A stretch of DNA of 64,000 bases, from positions 128,001 to 192,000 of the forward strand of contig CAVXWZ010000001.1 of the NCBI GenBank assembly GCA_963765575.1, written 5' to 3'. Positions 48,915 to 58,478 of this stretch are shown here, one piece after another (positions within the stretch are counted from its first letter, which is position 1; the number at the start of each line of letters is the position of its first letter). Below the pieces are notes generated by a model. The model was not told where the DNA came from. It worked only from the letters and a program-made list of their open reading frames with translations, and searched no databases. The DNA is from an uncultured cyanobacterium. Its GTDB lineage: Bacteria > Cyanobacteriota > Cyanobacteriia > PCC-6307 > Cyanobiaceae. A program made the position numbers and the translations under genes.

Positions 48915-50147
48915 ATGCCCTGGTTCGGACTGGCCGAACTGCTGATCCTGGCCTTGCTGGCCGATGGACTGTTCCGCCGCCTGGGGGTGCCCGGCCTGAT
49001 CGGCATGCTGCTGGTGGGGGTGCTGCTGGGGCGTTCGGGCCTGGGCCTGCTCGATCCCAGGCTGTTGGCCCTGAGCGGTGATCTGCGCCAGATGGCCCTG
49101 GTGGTGATCCTGCTGCGGGTGGGCTTCGGCCTCAACCTGCGCACCCTCAGGCAGGTGGGCGGCCGGGTGCTGCTGCTGGCCTGGATCCCGGCCACCTGCG
49201 AAGCACTGGTGCTCACCCTGGTGGCCCAGCCGCTGCTGGGGCTGAACCTGCTGGAGGCGGCCCTGCTGGGCACGGTGATCGCGGCCGTGTCGCCGGCGGT
49301 GGTGGTGCCGCTGATGCTGCGGCTGATTGAGGAGAAGCGCGGCACGGCCAGGGCCATTCCCCAGATGGTGATGGCCGCCGCCTCCCTCGACGACATCCTG
49401 GTGATCGTGGCCAACGGCGTGCTGCTGGGGCTGCTGGTTCAGCAGGGAGCGGGGCTGACGGCCCAGGTGATTCGCCTGCCGCTGGGTCTGGCCCTGGGGG
49501 CGGCGGCGGGGGCGGCTCTGGGCTGGGTGCTGATCCGCTGGATTGCCCGCTTCCGGCCCCAAGCCAACCGCCAGGTGCTGCTGATCCTGGCCCTGTCGCT
49601 GCTGCTGCTGCGCCTGCAGGAGCGCATCAACGGCCTGGTGCCCTTCACCGGCCTGGTGGCGGCGATCGCCCTGGGGGTGGTGATCCTGGAGCTGCGCCCC
49701 GACCTGGCCCATCCGATCGCCGCCAAGCTGGCCTCGATCTGGGTGTTCGCCGAGTTGGTGCTGTTCACCCTGGTGGGGGCCCAGCTGAACCTCTCGGTGG
49801 CCTGGCGCAGCGGCCTGGCCGGTCTGGCGGTGCTGGCCATCGGTCTGGTGGCGCGCTCGATCGGCACCCTGCTCTGCCTGGCCCGCAGTGAGTTCAGCCC
49901 CGGCGAGCGCCTGTTTGTGGTGGTGGCCTACATCCCCAAGGCCACCGTGCAGGCGGCCATCGGCGCCGTGCCGCTGATGACGATGCAGGCCGCAGGGCTG
50001 CCCACCGGCCCGGGCGAAATCATCCTGGCGGTGGCCGTGCTGAGCATCGTGGTCACCGCGCCGCTGGGGGCCTGGCTGAGTGCCGCGATCGCCGATCGGG
50101 TGCTGCGGCCCGAGGCGCCGGAAGGTGCGGTCAGCTCTGGGTGCTGA
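48915..50147 (+). CDS. cation:proton antiporter (CPA1)
   Basis: AVSPAVVVP, SLDD, PKATVQAAIG. Confidence 0.9.
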   Translation: MPWFGLAELLILALLADGLFRRLGVPGLIGMLLVGVLLGRSGLGLLDPRLLALSGDLRQMALVVILLRVGFGLNLRTLRQVGGRVLLLAWIPATCEALVLTLVAQPLLGLNLLEAALLGTVIAAVSPAVVVPLMLRLIEEKRGTARAIPQMVMAAASLDDILVIVANGVLLGLLVQQGAGLTAQVIRLPLGLALGAAAGAALGWVLIRWIARFRPQANRQVLLILALSLLLLRLQERINGLVPFTGLVAAIALGVVILELRPDLAHPIAAKLASIWVFAELVLFTLVGAQLNLSVAWRSGLAGLAVLAIGLVARSIGTLLCLARSEFSPGERLFVVVAYIPKATVQAAIGAVPLMTMQAAGLPTGPGEIILAVAVLSIVVTAPLGAWLSAAIADRVLRPEAPEGAVSSGC

Positions 50148-50469
50148 CGAACTCATGAAACTGCTGAGCCGCCGACTGAAACAGTGAATCCGTCGTGTTC
50201 AGCAGATTGGTCCAGGTCGACTCACCTGCCTCCCGCAGTTTCTCGAGTTCCGCCATGGCGGCATCCCGGGCGCTGACCAGCTGATCCAGCTGTTTTTCAA
50301 GCTGCAGGACGGACTCCTTTTGCGCGTCCGCTTTGGCCTGCTGGATCTGGGCCTTGCGCCTGTCAATCTCGGCGTTCCACTCCCTCAGCTGTGCGTCGCG
50401 CTTGTCAAGTTCCGCCTGGCGCTTCTGTTTATCAAGCATTTTATCAAGCATGGTGAGGTTATCAATCAT
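50131..50469 (-). CDS. coiled-coil stress protein (sll1863-like)
   Basis: AQLREWNAEID...LREAGESTW. Confidence 0.7.
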   Translation of the reverse strand: MIDNLTMLDKMLDKQKRQAELDKRDAQLREWNAEIDRRKAQIQQAKADAQKESVLQLEKQLDQLVSARDAAMAELEKLREAGESTWTNLLNTTDSLFQSAAQQFHEFVSTQS

Positions 50470-50696
50470 GGTGAGGCATCTTGTCTCTACCTTCAGCCCT
50501 AGCCGCTGTGCCAGCGAACGTCAACCTGGCGGAGCCCAAGGTTCAGCATTGCTAATTGCTCCCCAGCGTCTCGGCTCCGCCGGCTGGCTCTGGCGGAGCC
50601 GCTGAACTCCAGGCTCCAGGGCCGGGCTCTCCCGCTCTGTTTTGAGCTCTGTCTGAAGGCGTGGTAAGAGTTGATCCAGGACAGAACCCGAGACCC

Positions 50697-50942
50697 ATGA
50701 GTGAACCAGTGATTGCCGCCCGAACGCCAATACGTGTGGAGCTGGAGGCTAACAAAACCTATTTCTATTGCACTTGCGGGCGCTCAGATTCGCAGCCTTT
50801 CTGTGACGACTCTCACCTTGGAACAGATTTGACGCCCAAGGAATTCAGCGTACAGGCTGACCGCAAAGCGCTACTCTGTCGTTGCAAGCACACGAAAGAT
50901 GCCCCTTTTTGCGATGGCTCTCATGCATTGCTTGAGGATTAA
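50697..50942 (+). CDS. tandem CDGSH iron-sulfur protein
   Basis: CTCGRSDSQPFCDDSH and CRCKHTKDAPFCDGSH. Confidence 0.9.
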   Translation: MSEPVIAARTPIRVELEANKTYFYCTCGRSDSQPFCDDSHLGTDLTPKEFSVQADRKALLCRCKHTKDAPFCDGSHALLED

Positions 50943-51112
50943 AGACGCCACCAAGTGATCCTGCGGATTAGTCTTTCAGCTGTTCCAGGTCGCCGCGCAT
51001 CTTATTTTTTGCCCTGAAGTGAGTAGGCATTTCCTGTCTTCGAGGCGCCGTTTGTTCGGCCAAGGCAGGCTTCACCTGCTGCAGGAATTTGTATTTACAG
51101 AAAGATTGCGCC

Positions 51113-52486
51113 ATGTTTATTGAAAAGATTAAGTCCGAAGGTCTGGCTCATCTTTCTTATCTCGTCGGTGACGGCAGCGAGGCTGTGGTGATTGACCCGC
51201 GTCGTGACTGCACGGTTTACGTCCAGCTTGCCGCCCAGAAGGGGGTGCGGATCATCCACATCTTTGAGACGCACCGCAACGAGGATTATGTGATCGGTTC
51301 ATGTGATCTTGCTCGCCTTACTGGTGCCACCATCCATCATGGTGCGGCCATGGAGTTCGCCTATGGCCAGCCAGTGGCCGAGGGCGACTCGTTTGAGATT
51401 GGTGATATCGGCCTGGCTGTGCTGGAGACACCAGGGCACACCATGGAAAGCATTTCGCTTGTGCTAACTGACCGTAATTACGGTGATACACCTGTGGCCG
51501 TCTTCACAGGCGACGCCCTGTTTGTTGGTGACGTGGGACGAACGGATTTCTTCCCCGAGCGTTCCCGTGCAGTGGCTGGCATGCTTTTCGATAGTATCTT
51601 CGGAAAGCTTCTACCCTTGGGAGACCAAACGATTCTGTACCCAGCGCACGGGGCAGGTTCTGTGTGTGGCGACAGCATGGCCTCCCGTGAGTTTTCGACT
51701 TTGGGTCATGAGCGCAGACATAATCCAGCTCTCCAGATGAGCCACCGTGAGACATTCATCGACTACAAAGTTAATGAGCACCACGATCAGCCACCCTACT
51801 TCCGCAGGATGGAGGCCTACAACAAGAATGGTGCGCCACCTTTGCATGCACTCCCTTCGCCGCCGCCGATCTCACCGGATCTGGTGGAACGGGCCCTGAA
51901 CACTGGGTCGGCTGTCGTTGTTGATCTGCGCAGTCCGGAAGCCTTCGCTGGAGCCTCCATACCGGGCAGCCTGGCCATTCCTCTGGACATGCTGTCAGCC
52001 TATGCCGGTTATTTTTTGGATTATGAGCACGACATCATTCTGATTCCGCAAGACAAGGAACAGATTCCGGTCGCAGTTCGTCACCTGGTACGTATGGGGT
52101 ACGAGCGAATCACCGGGTATCTCAAGGGAGGGCTGTATGCATGGGAAGTCAGCGGTCGAAACTACGAGCGAATCGAAGCCGTACACGCGCAGGCACTGAG
52201 TGAGCGCCTTCAGGCCGGCAGCGACTTCACCCTTCTGGATGTCCGCAAGATCAGCGAGTTCAGGCAGGGCCATGTGGAGGGTGCGACGCACATCTTTCTG
52301 GGTGATCTGCAGCAGCGTCTCGGCGACATCGACAAGGACAGGCCCGTGGTCACGTTCTGTGGCAGCGGCCGGCGAGCCATCATCGCTGCCTCGATCCTGA
52401 AGCGCCATGGCTTTCAGCACATTGAGAATGCTTTCGGGTCGATGCAGGCCTGCCAAAGCATTGGCTGCCCGATTCAGAAGGGCTGA
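51113..52486 (+). CDS. MBL-fold persulfide dioxygenase-like protein fused to two rhodanese domains (CstB-like)
   Basis: ETHRNEDY, TPGHT, TGDALFVGDVGR, PAHGAGSVCG, C-terminal CGSGRRA. Confidence 0.88.
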   Translation: MFIEKIKSEGLAHLSYLVGDGSEAVVIDPRRDCTVYVQLAAQKGVRIIHIFETHRNEDYVIGSCDLARLTGATIHHGAAMEFAYGQPVAEGDSFEIGDIGLAVLETPGHTMESISLVLTDRNYGDTPVAVFTGDALFVGDVGRTDFFPERSRAVAGMLFDSIFGKLLPLGDQTILYPAHGAGSVCGDSMASREFSTLGHERRHNPALQMSHRETFIDYKVNEHHDQPPYFRRMEAYNKNGAPPLHALPSPPPISPDLVERALNTGSAVVVDLRSPEAFAGASIPGSLAIPLDMLSAYAGYFLDYEHDIILIPQDKEQIPVAVRHLVRMGYERITGYLKGGLYAWEVSGRNYERIEAVHAQALSERLQAGSDFTLLDVRKISEFRQGHVEGATHIFLGDLQQRLGDIDKDRPVVTFCGSGRRAIIAASILKRHGFQHIENAFGSMQACQSIGCPIQKG

Positions 52487-52759
52487 ATGCTGAATTCCGA
52501 TAAATCCTGAGTTGATGGGTGCAACCGCATGTCTGCCTGTCCTGTCATCGTTGTCATGGTCCAGGCCGCCTGTGCCATTGGCTGCGCCAAACCCCACAAG
52601 GAGCAAGCCGGCGCCGATCTTCGCCAGCCATGCCCCAGTGGCTTGGCGATATGAGCCCCAGGCGCCAGCTCCGGCACATTGGGCTTCGCCCATCCCGAGG
52701 ACGCAATTAACTGCACCACGCCCCAACTGCCGGGCGTGGTGCTGTAGTGGCGATCATTT

Positions 52760-53104
52760 TCATCGGCGGGATGCAATCGCAGAAAAGCCCTTTCTGCGAT
52801 AAACACCAACGCCACGCCAAGCGCTGGCCCCAGTCTTGAGACTGCGTCCATAGGCCTTCTTGAGGAACATGGCTATCCCTCCTGCAGAGGTATAATGCTG
52901 GAGCATCTTCACATGGCTGTAGGCGCTGAACCCGGCAACGATCGCCGCACCGATAAAGGCCAGGGTAAACCATGGTCCAGCGAGTTCAGCGACCTGTGCG
53001 GTCAGGGCAAAGATTCCTGCGCCGACCATCACGCCGGTACCCATTGACACGGCCCCCCAGAGGCTCAGCGAGCCACTGTTTCCTGGCTGTCTGTCGTGGT
53101 TCAT
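52760..53104 (-). pseudogene. APC family permease remnant
   Basis: LSLWGAVSMGTGVMVGAGIFAL...SAGG N-terminus, then truncated/frameshifted. Confidence 0.8.
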
Positions 53105-53549
53105 CTGCTGCCAAGTTTTTGTGTCAGTCTCCCTGACATTCTGCGTCTGTGTGGCTGCGAGCTCGGGGCCACTGTTCCGGAAGCCTGGTCCGGCTCCAGC
53201 TCGACGGGGACTGGCCATCGTCTTTGGGGACATCACGATGGTTTGGCAAGCCATCCTGCCTCAGCCCTAGGGATTCAGAGTCGTTGGCATGGCCAACTGG
53301 GATAAACCTGAGCAATGGAAGAATTGGCGGCTTACCTCGATCAAGCTCCATTCCGGCGCCTCGACCAATCGATATCACCCTCAACGACCACAAAACTGGC
53401 GGTGACTGTGGCTCTTGGGTGTTTTGTGAAAGCTTTGGAGCTCTCCACGACCCGCCACTATCCTGATGCATTCGGCTTTCCCCATGGCCGCGGTCTGCAC
53501 CGTTGGTAGACCCGGCAGAGACAGGATCCAGAGCATGGCAAACCGCCGC

Positions 53550-54575
53550 CTATCCTGCAACCTTCCTGTAGGGGAAAAGCCATCGGTTGCGGTTGGCGAT
53601 CGCCACCAGGGCGAGCATCACCGGCACTTCCACCAGCACCCCCACTACGGTGGCCAGGGCGGCGCCGGAGCGCACGCCGAACAGGCTGATGGCCACCGCC
53701 ACCGCCAGCTCGAAGAAATTGGAGGCGCCGATCAGGGCGCCTGGGGCGGCCACGTCGTGCTGCTGGTGGCAGGCGCGCATGCCCAGGGCGGTCAGCAGGA
53801 AGATCAGCAGCGTCTGCAGGATCAGCGGGATCGCCACCATCACGATCAGGGCGGGGTTCTCGGCGATGCGGCTGGCCTGGAAGCCGAACAGCAGCAGCAC
53901 CGTGCCCAGCAGGCCGACGATCGCCCAGGGCTTGAGCAGCCGCTCCAGATGCTCGATGGCGCGCTCGCTGGCCAGGCTGCGGCGGGTGAGCCAGCCGGCC
54001 GCCAGGGGGATCACCACGAACAGGCCCACCGAGAGTTGCAGGGTGTCCCAGGGCACCACCACCTGGCTCACCCCCAGCAGCAGGGCAGCGATCGGCGCGA
54101 AGGCCACCACCATGATCAGGTCGTTCACCGCCACCTGCACCAGGGTGTAAGTGGCATTGCCGCGGCAGAGCTGGCTCCACACGAACACCATCGCCGTGCA
54201 GGGGGCCACCCCCAGCAGGATCATGCCGGCGATCAGTTCATCGCCCAGCTCCGGCGGGATCCAGGCCGCGAAGATGCCGCGGACGAACCACCAGGCCAGC
54301 AGGGCCATGGTGAAGGGCTTCACCAGCCAGTTCATCCCCACCGTCACCAGCAGCGGCTGGGGGTTGCGGCCGATGCGGCGCACGACGCCGAAGTCCACCG
54401 CCAGCATCATCGGGTAGATCATCAGCCAGATCAGCACCGCGATCACCAGGTTGATCTGGGCGATCTGGATGCCCCCCAGCAGCGTGAACAGGCCAGGGAA
54501 GATCTGGCCCAGCACCATGCCGGCGGCGATGGCCAGGGCCACCCAGAGACTCAGCCAGCGTTCAAAAATTCCCAT
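53550..54575 (-). CDS. acr3: arsenite efflux transporter Acr3
   Basis: [40 protein letters not shown]. Confidence 0.95.
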   Translation of the reverse strand: MGIFERWLSLWVALAIAAGMVLGQIFPGLFTLLGGIQIAQINLVIAVLIWLMIYPMMLAVDFGVVRRIGRNPQPLLVTVGMNWLVKPFTMALLAWWFVRGIFAAWIPPELGDELIAGMILLGVAPCTAMVFVWSQLCRGNATYTLVQVAVNDLIMVVAFAPIAALLLGVSQVVVPWDTLQLSVGLFVVIPLAAGWLTRRSLASERAIEHLERLLKPWAIVGLLGTVLLLFGFQASRIAENPALIVMVAIPLILQTLLIFLLTALGMRACHQQHDVAAPGALIGASNFFELAVAVAISLFGVRSGAALATVVGVLVEVPVMLALVAIANRNRWLFPYRKVAG

Positions 54576-54576
54576 C

Positions 54577-54936
54577 TCAATCGCAGCAGGGTGTGGCCGG
54601 AGCGGTGCACTGGCGGGCAAGGGCCGCCAGCCAGCCCTGCAGCGCCTGCAGGGCCTCCGGGCGCAGGCGGTAGTACACCCAGCGGCCGCTGTGACGGTCG
54701 CTCAGGAGCCCGGCATCCCGCAGCACCTTGAGGTGGAACGACAGCCGCGACTGGGCCAGGCCCAGCTCGGTGGTGAGATCACACACGCAGCGCTCGCCGC
54801 TTGCCAGGGCTTCCAGCACCTGCAGCCGACAGGGATCGGCCAGGGCCTTGAGCAGCGCCCGCGCCTGCTCGCTGTCCAGATGGGTGCCCGGATGCGTGCC
54901 CAGAGCCCTGGCGGGGGAATCTCTTAACCCGTTCAT
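54577..54936 (-). CDS. arsR: arsenic-responsive repressor
   Basis: ERCVCDL As-binding motif, C-terminal CC; start uncertain. Confidence 0.9.
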   Translation of the reverse strand: MNGLRDSPARALGTHPGTHLDSEQARALLKALADPCRLQVLEALASGERCVCDLTTELGLAQSRLSFHLKVLRDAGLLSDRHSGRWVYYRLRPEALQALQGWLAALARQCTAPATPCCD

Positions 54937-54941
54937 AAAAT
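54923..54941 (+). promoter_or_regulatory. Pho box upstream of gap3
   Basis: CTTAACCC-gtt-CATAAAAT. Confidence 0.55.
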
Positions 54942-54942
54942 C

Positions 54943-54960
54943 CATCAAGCACCATTGATG
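54943..54960. promoter_or_regulatory. ArsR operator
   Basis: CATCAA-N6-TTGATG palindrome matching the cyanobacterial ArsR site type. Confidence 0.75.
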
Positions 54961-54988
54961 TGAGAGTACTGCCGGTCGCTCTGGCGCT

Positions 54989-56014
54989 GTGCGCATCGGC
55001 ATCAACGGCTTCGGCCGCATCGGCCGCCTGGTGTTCCGGGCCCTCTGGGGCCGCCCCGGCATCGAGGTGGTTCACGTCAACGACTGCGCCGGCGATGCCG
55101 CCACCGCCGCCCACCTGCTGGAGTTCGACTCGGTGCACGGCCGCTGGGGCCACCCGGTGACGGCCCAGGCCGCCGGTTTCACCGTGGAGGGCAGCGCGGT
55201 GGGCTATTCCCAGGTCAGCCACCCCGCTGCCGTTCCCTGGGCCGCTGCCGGCGTGCGGCTGGTGCTGGAGTGCAGCGGCAAGGTGAAGACAGCCGAGGCC
55301 CTCGCCGCCTACTTCTGCGCGGACGACATCGTCAAGGTGATCGTGGCCTGTCCGGTGAAGGGAGCGCTGGACGGTGTGGAGATCCCCAACATCGTGTTCG
55401 GCATCAACCACGCCAGCTACCAGCCGGATCGCCACCGCCTGCTCACCGCCGCCTCCTGCACCACCAACTGCCTGGCGCCGGTGGTGAAGGTGGTGCATGA
55501 GAGCTTCGGCATCCGCCACGGCTCGATCACCACCCTGCATGATGTCACCAACACCCAGGTGGTGATCGACAGCTTCAAGAGCGATCTGCGCCGCGCCCGC
55601 TCCTGCCTGCAGAACCTGATCCCCACCAGCACCGGTTCGGCCCGGGCGATCGGCCTGATCTTTCCCGACCTGCAGGGCCGCCTCAACGGCCACGCCATCC
55701 GCGTGCCCCTGCTCAATGCCTCGATCACTGACGCGGTGTTCGAGCTGGAGCGCAGCGTCACGGTGGAGGAGGTGAACGGCGCCTTTGAGATCGCTGCCAA
55801 CGGCCCCCTGCAGGGGATCCTCGGCTACGAAACCCGGCCGCTGGTGTCGAGCGATTTCCTCAACGACAGCCGCAGCTCGATCGTGGATGCCCTCTCCACC
55901 CTGGTGACGGGCGGCACCCAGCTCAAGGTGTACGCCTGGTACGACAACGAGTGGGGCTACAGCTGCCGCATGGCCGATCTGGCCTGCCACGTGATTGCCC
56001 AGGAGGCTTGCTGA
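54989..56014 (+). CDS. gap3: ArsJ-associated glyceraldehyde-3-phosphate dehydrogenase
   Basis: GINGFGRIGR, ASCTTNCLAP, HDVTNTQ, WYDNEWGY; coupled to arsJ. Confidence 0.93.
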   Translation: MRIGINGFGRIGRLVFRALWGRPGIEVVHVNDCAGDAATAAHLLEFDSVHGRWGHPVTAQAAGFTVEGSAVGYSQVSHPAAVPWAAAGVRLVLECSGKVKTAEALAAYFCADDIVKVIVACPVKGALDGVEIPNIVFGINHASYQPDRHRLLTAASCTTNCLAPVVKVVHESFGIRHGSITTLHDVTNTQVVIDSFKSDLRRARSCLQNLIPTSTGSARAIGLIFPDLQGRLNGHAIRVPLLNASITDAVFELERSVTVEEVNGAFEIAANGPLQGILGYETRPLVSSDFLNDSRSSIVDALSTLVTGGTQLKVYAWYDNEWGYSCRMADLACHVIAQEAC

Positions 56015-57264
56015 TGCGCACGCTCTCGCCGGTTCAGCAGTACAGCATCATCACGGCCAACAACTGGGCTTTCACCATCACCGATGGAGCCCTGCGGATG
56101 TTGGTGGTGTTCCACTTTCTGCAGCTGGGGTTCACCACACTTGAGGTGGCTTTCCTGTTCATTTTCTATGAGTTTTTCGGGGTTCTCACCAACCTCTACG
56201 GCGGCTGGCTGGGAGCCCGCTTCGGCCTCAAACTCACGCTCTGGATCGGCACGGTGCTGCAGATCGTGGCCCTGTTGCTGCTGGTGCCGGTGGCGGATAC
56301 CTGGCCCAGACTGCTCTCGGTGGTGTGGGTGATGCTGGCCCAGGCCCTCAGCGGCATCGCCAAGGATCTCGAGAAGATGAGCGCCAAGAGCGCCATTCGC
56401 GTGGTGGTTCCTGAAACCCCCGACGATCACAGCCGCGGCGAGGGGCAGTTGTTTCGCTGGGTGGCCATCCTCACCGGCGCCAAGAACGCCCTCAAGGGCC
56501 TGGGCTTTTTTGTGGGCGGTGTTCTGCTCACCACCGTGGGCTTCAATGCGGGCGTGGTGGTGCTGGCTGGCTGGCTGGCGGTGGCCTTTCTGGTCACCCT
56601 GCTGCTGCCACGGGACATCGGCAAGATGAAGAGCAAACCGGCCTTCAGCTCCCTGCTGTCCAAGAGTGAGGGCATCAATGTGCTGTCGCTGGCCCGCTTC
56701 TTCCTGTTTGGAGCCCGCGATGTGTGGTTCGTGGTGGCCCTGCCGGTGTTTCTGCAGGCGAGCCTGGGCTGGGACTTCTGGAAGGTGGGGGGCTTCATGG
56801 GCCTGTGGGTGATCGGCTACGGGATCATCCAGGGTTCCGCCCCCAGCCTGCGCCGGGCCTGGGGCAGCGATCGCCCCCCCGGTCCGCCGGCCGTGCAGTT
56901 CTGGGCGGCCGTGCTCACGGCGATTCCGGCGCTGATCGCCATCACCCTGTGGCGTGAGGTGGGCAACCCCGGCATCGCCGTGGTGGTGGGGCTGATGGTG
57001 TTCGGGGTGGTGTTTGCCATGAATTCCTCGATTCACAGCTACATGATTCTTGCCTACACCGAAGCCGACGATGTGAGCCTGAATGTGGGCTTCTATTACA
57101 TGGCCAATGCCGCCGGCCGTCTCTTGGGCACCCTGCTGTCCGGGGCCCTGTTCCTGGTGGGCGGGCTGCAGGCCTGTCTGTGGGCCTCCTGTCTTCTGGT
57201 GATCCTGGCCTTCCTCGCCGGCAGGCGGCTGCCCACGCCACCGCGGCAGCTGCAGCCTGCTTAG
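56014..57264 (+). CDS. arsJ: organoarsenical efflux MFS transporter
   Basis: TDGALRMLV, KMSAKSAI, FGARDVWFVV, VGFYYMANAAGR. Confidence 0.92.
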   Translation: MRTLSPVQQYSIITANNWAFTITDGALRMLVVFHFLQLGFTTLEVAFLFIFYEFFGVLTNLYGGWLGARFGLKLTLWIGTVLQIVALLLLVPVADTWPRLLSVVWVMLAQALSGIAKDLEKMSAKSAIRVVVPETPDDHSRGEGQLFRWVAILTGAKNALKGLGFFVGGVLLTTVGFNAGVVVLAGWLAVAFLVTLLLPRDIGKMKSKPAFSSLLSKSEGINVLSLARFFLFGARDVWFVVALPVFLQASLGWDFWKVGGFMGLWVIGYGIIQGSAPSLRRAWGSDRPPGPPAVQFWAAVLTAIPALIAITLWREVGNPGIAVVVGLMVFGVVFAMNSSIHSYMILAYTEADDVSLNVGFYYMANAAGRLLGTLLSGALFLVGGLQACLWASCLLVILAFLAGRRLPTPPRQLQPA

Positions 57265-58310
57265 CGGTAACCCTCCTTGCGGGTGTCCTCGAAGCTGCGG
57301 CGCAGGGCTTCGCCGATGGTGAGACCCACCGGCAGATCACCACCGAAGGAGGTGCCGAGGATGTGGCGGTAGAGCTTGGTTTCCACCAGCCGGTAGGTGT
57401 CGGCGGGGAGGGGGATGTAGCCGGCTTCCTCCACGAAGCGCAGGCCGTTGCCCACCGTGAAGCCCACGAAGCTGCGGATGGTGTCATCGCTGCGCATCTG
57501 CTGATCGTTCACATAGATGAACAGCGGCCGCGACAGGGGCTTGTAGGTGCCGTCCTGGGCCGTATCCACCGAAGGTGCCACGGGGATGCCATCGGGGCCG
57601 GCGATGGCCAGGGCGTTGAGGCGATCGCGGTTGGCCTGGTAGTAGGCGAAGCCGAAATAGCCCATGGCGTTGGGGTCAGTGGCGACGCAGTCCACGATCA
57701 CCGTGTCGTCCTCGCTGGTCTTGACGTCGCTGCGGGAATTGGCACTGTCGCCGTTGATGGCCTCGTTGAAATAATCGAAGGTACCGGAGTCGGCGCCCGG
57801 GCTGCAGAGCCGCAGGGGGCGGTCCGGCCAGGTGCCGTTGATCTGATTCCAGCTGTTCACCTGGCCTTCGGCCTGCTGCGACCAGGTGCGTGCCAGTGCC
57901 GTGGTGGTGATGGCGGTGGCCCAGTCGTTGCTGCCGTTCACCACCACCGTGAGCGCATCGAAGGCCAGCGGCAGTTCAATGAAGGTGATGCCGCGCTCGG
58001 CGCAGGCCTTGAGTTCGGAGCTGTTGATCGGCCGGGAGGCATTGGCGATGGCGATGCTGCCCTGGCAGAACTCGCGCAGGCCGCCACTGGTGCCGACTTC
58101 AGAGAGTTTGATGGTGATGTCGCGGCCGCGGTTGGTGGTGGCAAAGGCCTCAGCGGCCTTCTCGATCACGGGGAAGACCGTGCTGGAGCCGCTGATGGCG
58201 AGGGTGGAGCCCCCACCAGTGGCATCCCTGTTGTCTGAGACGCGACCACCGCAACTGCTCACCAGGGCCAGGGAGGCCGTGAGCAGGAGGGCGGAAAACG
58301 GGCGGGCCAT
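57261..58310 (-). CDS. pstS: PstS-family phosphate-binding lipoprotein
   Basis: Lipobox VSSC, GSSTVFP, SGTFDYF, PLSRPLFIYV. Confidence 0.92.
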   Translation of the reverse strand: MARPFSALLLTASLALVSSCGGRVSDNRDATGGGSTLAISGSSTVFPVIEKAAEAFATTNRGRDITIKLSEVGTSGGLREFCQGSIAIANASRPINSSELKACAERGITFIELPLAFDALTVVVNGSNDWATAITTTALARTWSQQAEGQVNSWNQINGTWPDRPLRLCSPGADSGTFDYFNEAINGDSANSRSDVKTSEDDTVIVDCVATDPNAMGYFGFAYYQANRDRLNALAIAGPDGIPVAPSVDTAQDGTYKPLSRPLFIYVNDQQMRSDDTIRSFVGFTVGNGLRFVEEAGYIPLPADTYRLVETKLYRHILGTSFGGDLPVGLTIGEALRRSFEDTRKEGYR

Positions 58311-58346
58311 GGGGGCGAGAACATGCATGGTCAGCCTGATGGATTC

Positions 58347-58376
58347 AGATTTTGGGATGGTTAAGAACAGCTCAGG
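58347..58376 (-). promoter_or_regulatory. Pho-box-like site
   Basis: CCTGAGCT-gtt-CTTAACCA-tcc-CAAAATCT. Confidence 0.5.
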
Positions 58377-58429
58377 ATGTTGGCTCTGTAAGCGTTCGTG
58401 ATCCTTCCATGGGCCACCCCATCGGCATG

Positions 58430-58456
58430 AAAAAAGGGGGCTGTCACCAGCCCCCC
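58430..58456 (-). terminator. Rho-independent terminator
   Basis: gggggct-ggtgac-agccccc followed by T6 on minus strand. Confidence 0.8.
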
Positions 58457-58478
58457 ACTTGCTGCCTGGATCAGCAGA

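Noticed and set aside
53150..53510. Small ORFs at the island's right edge
   Set aside because: Overlapping ORFs without codon bias or motifs; probably remnant DNA.
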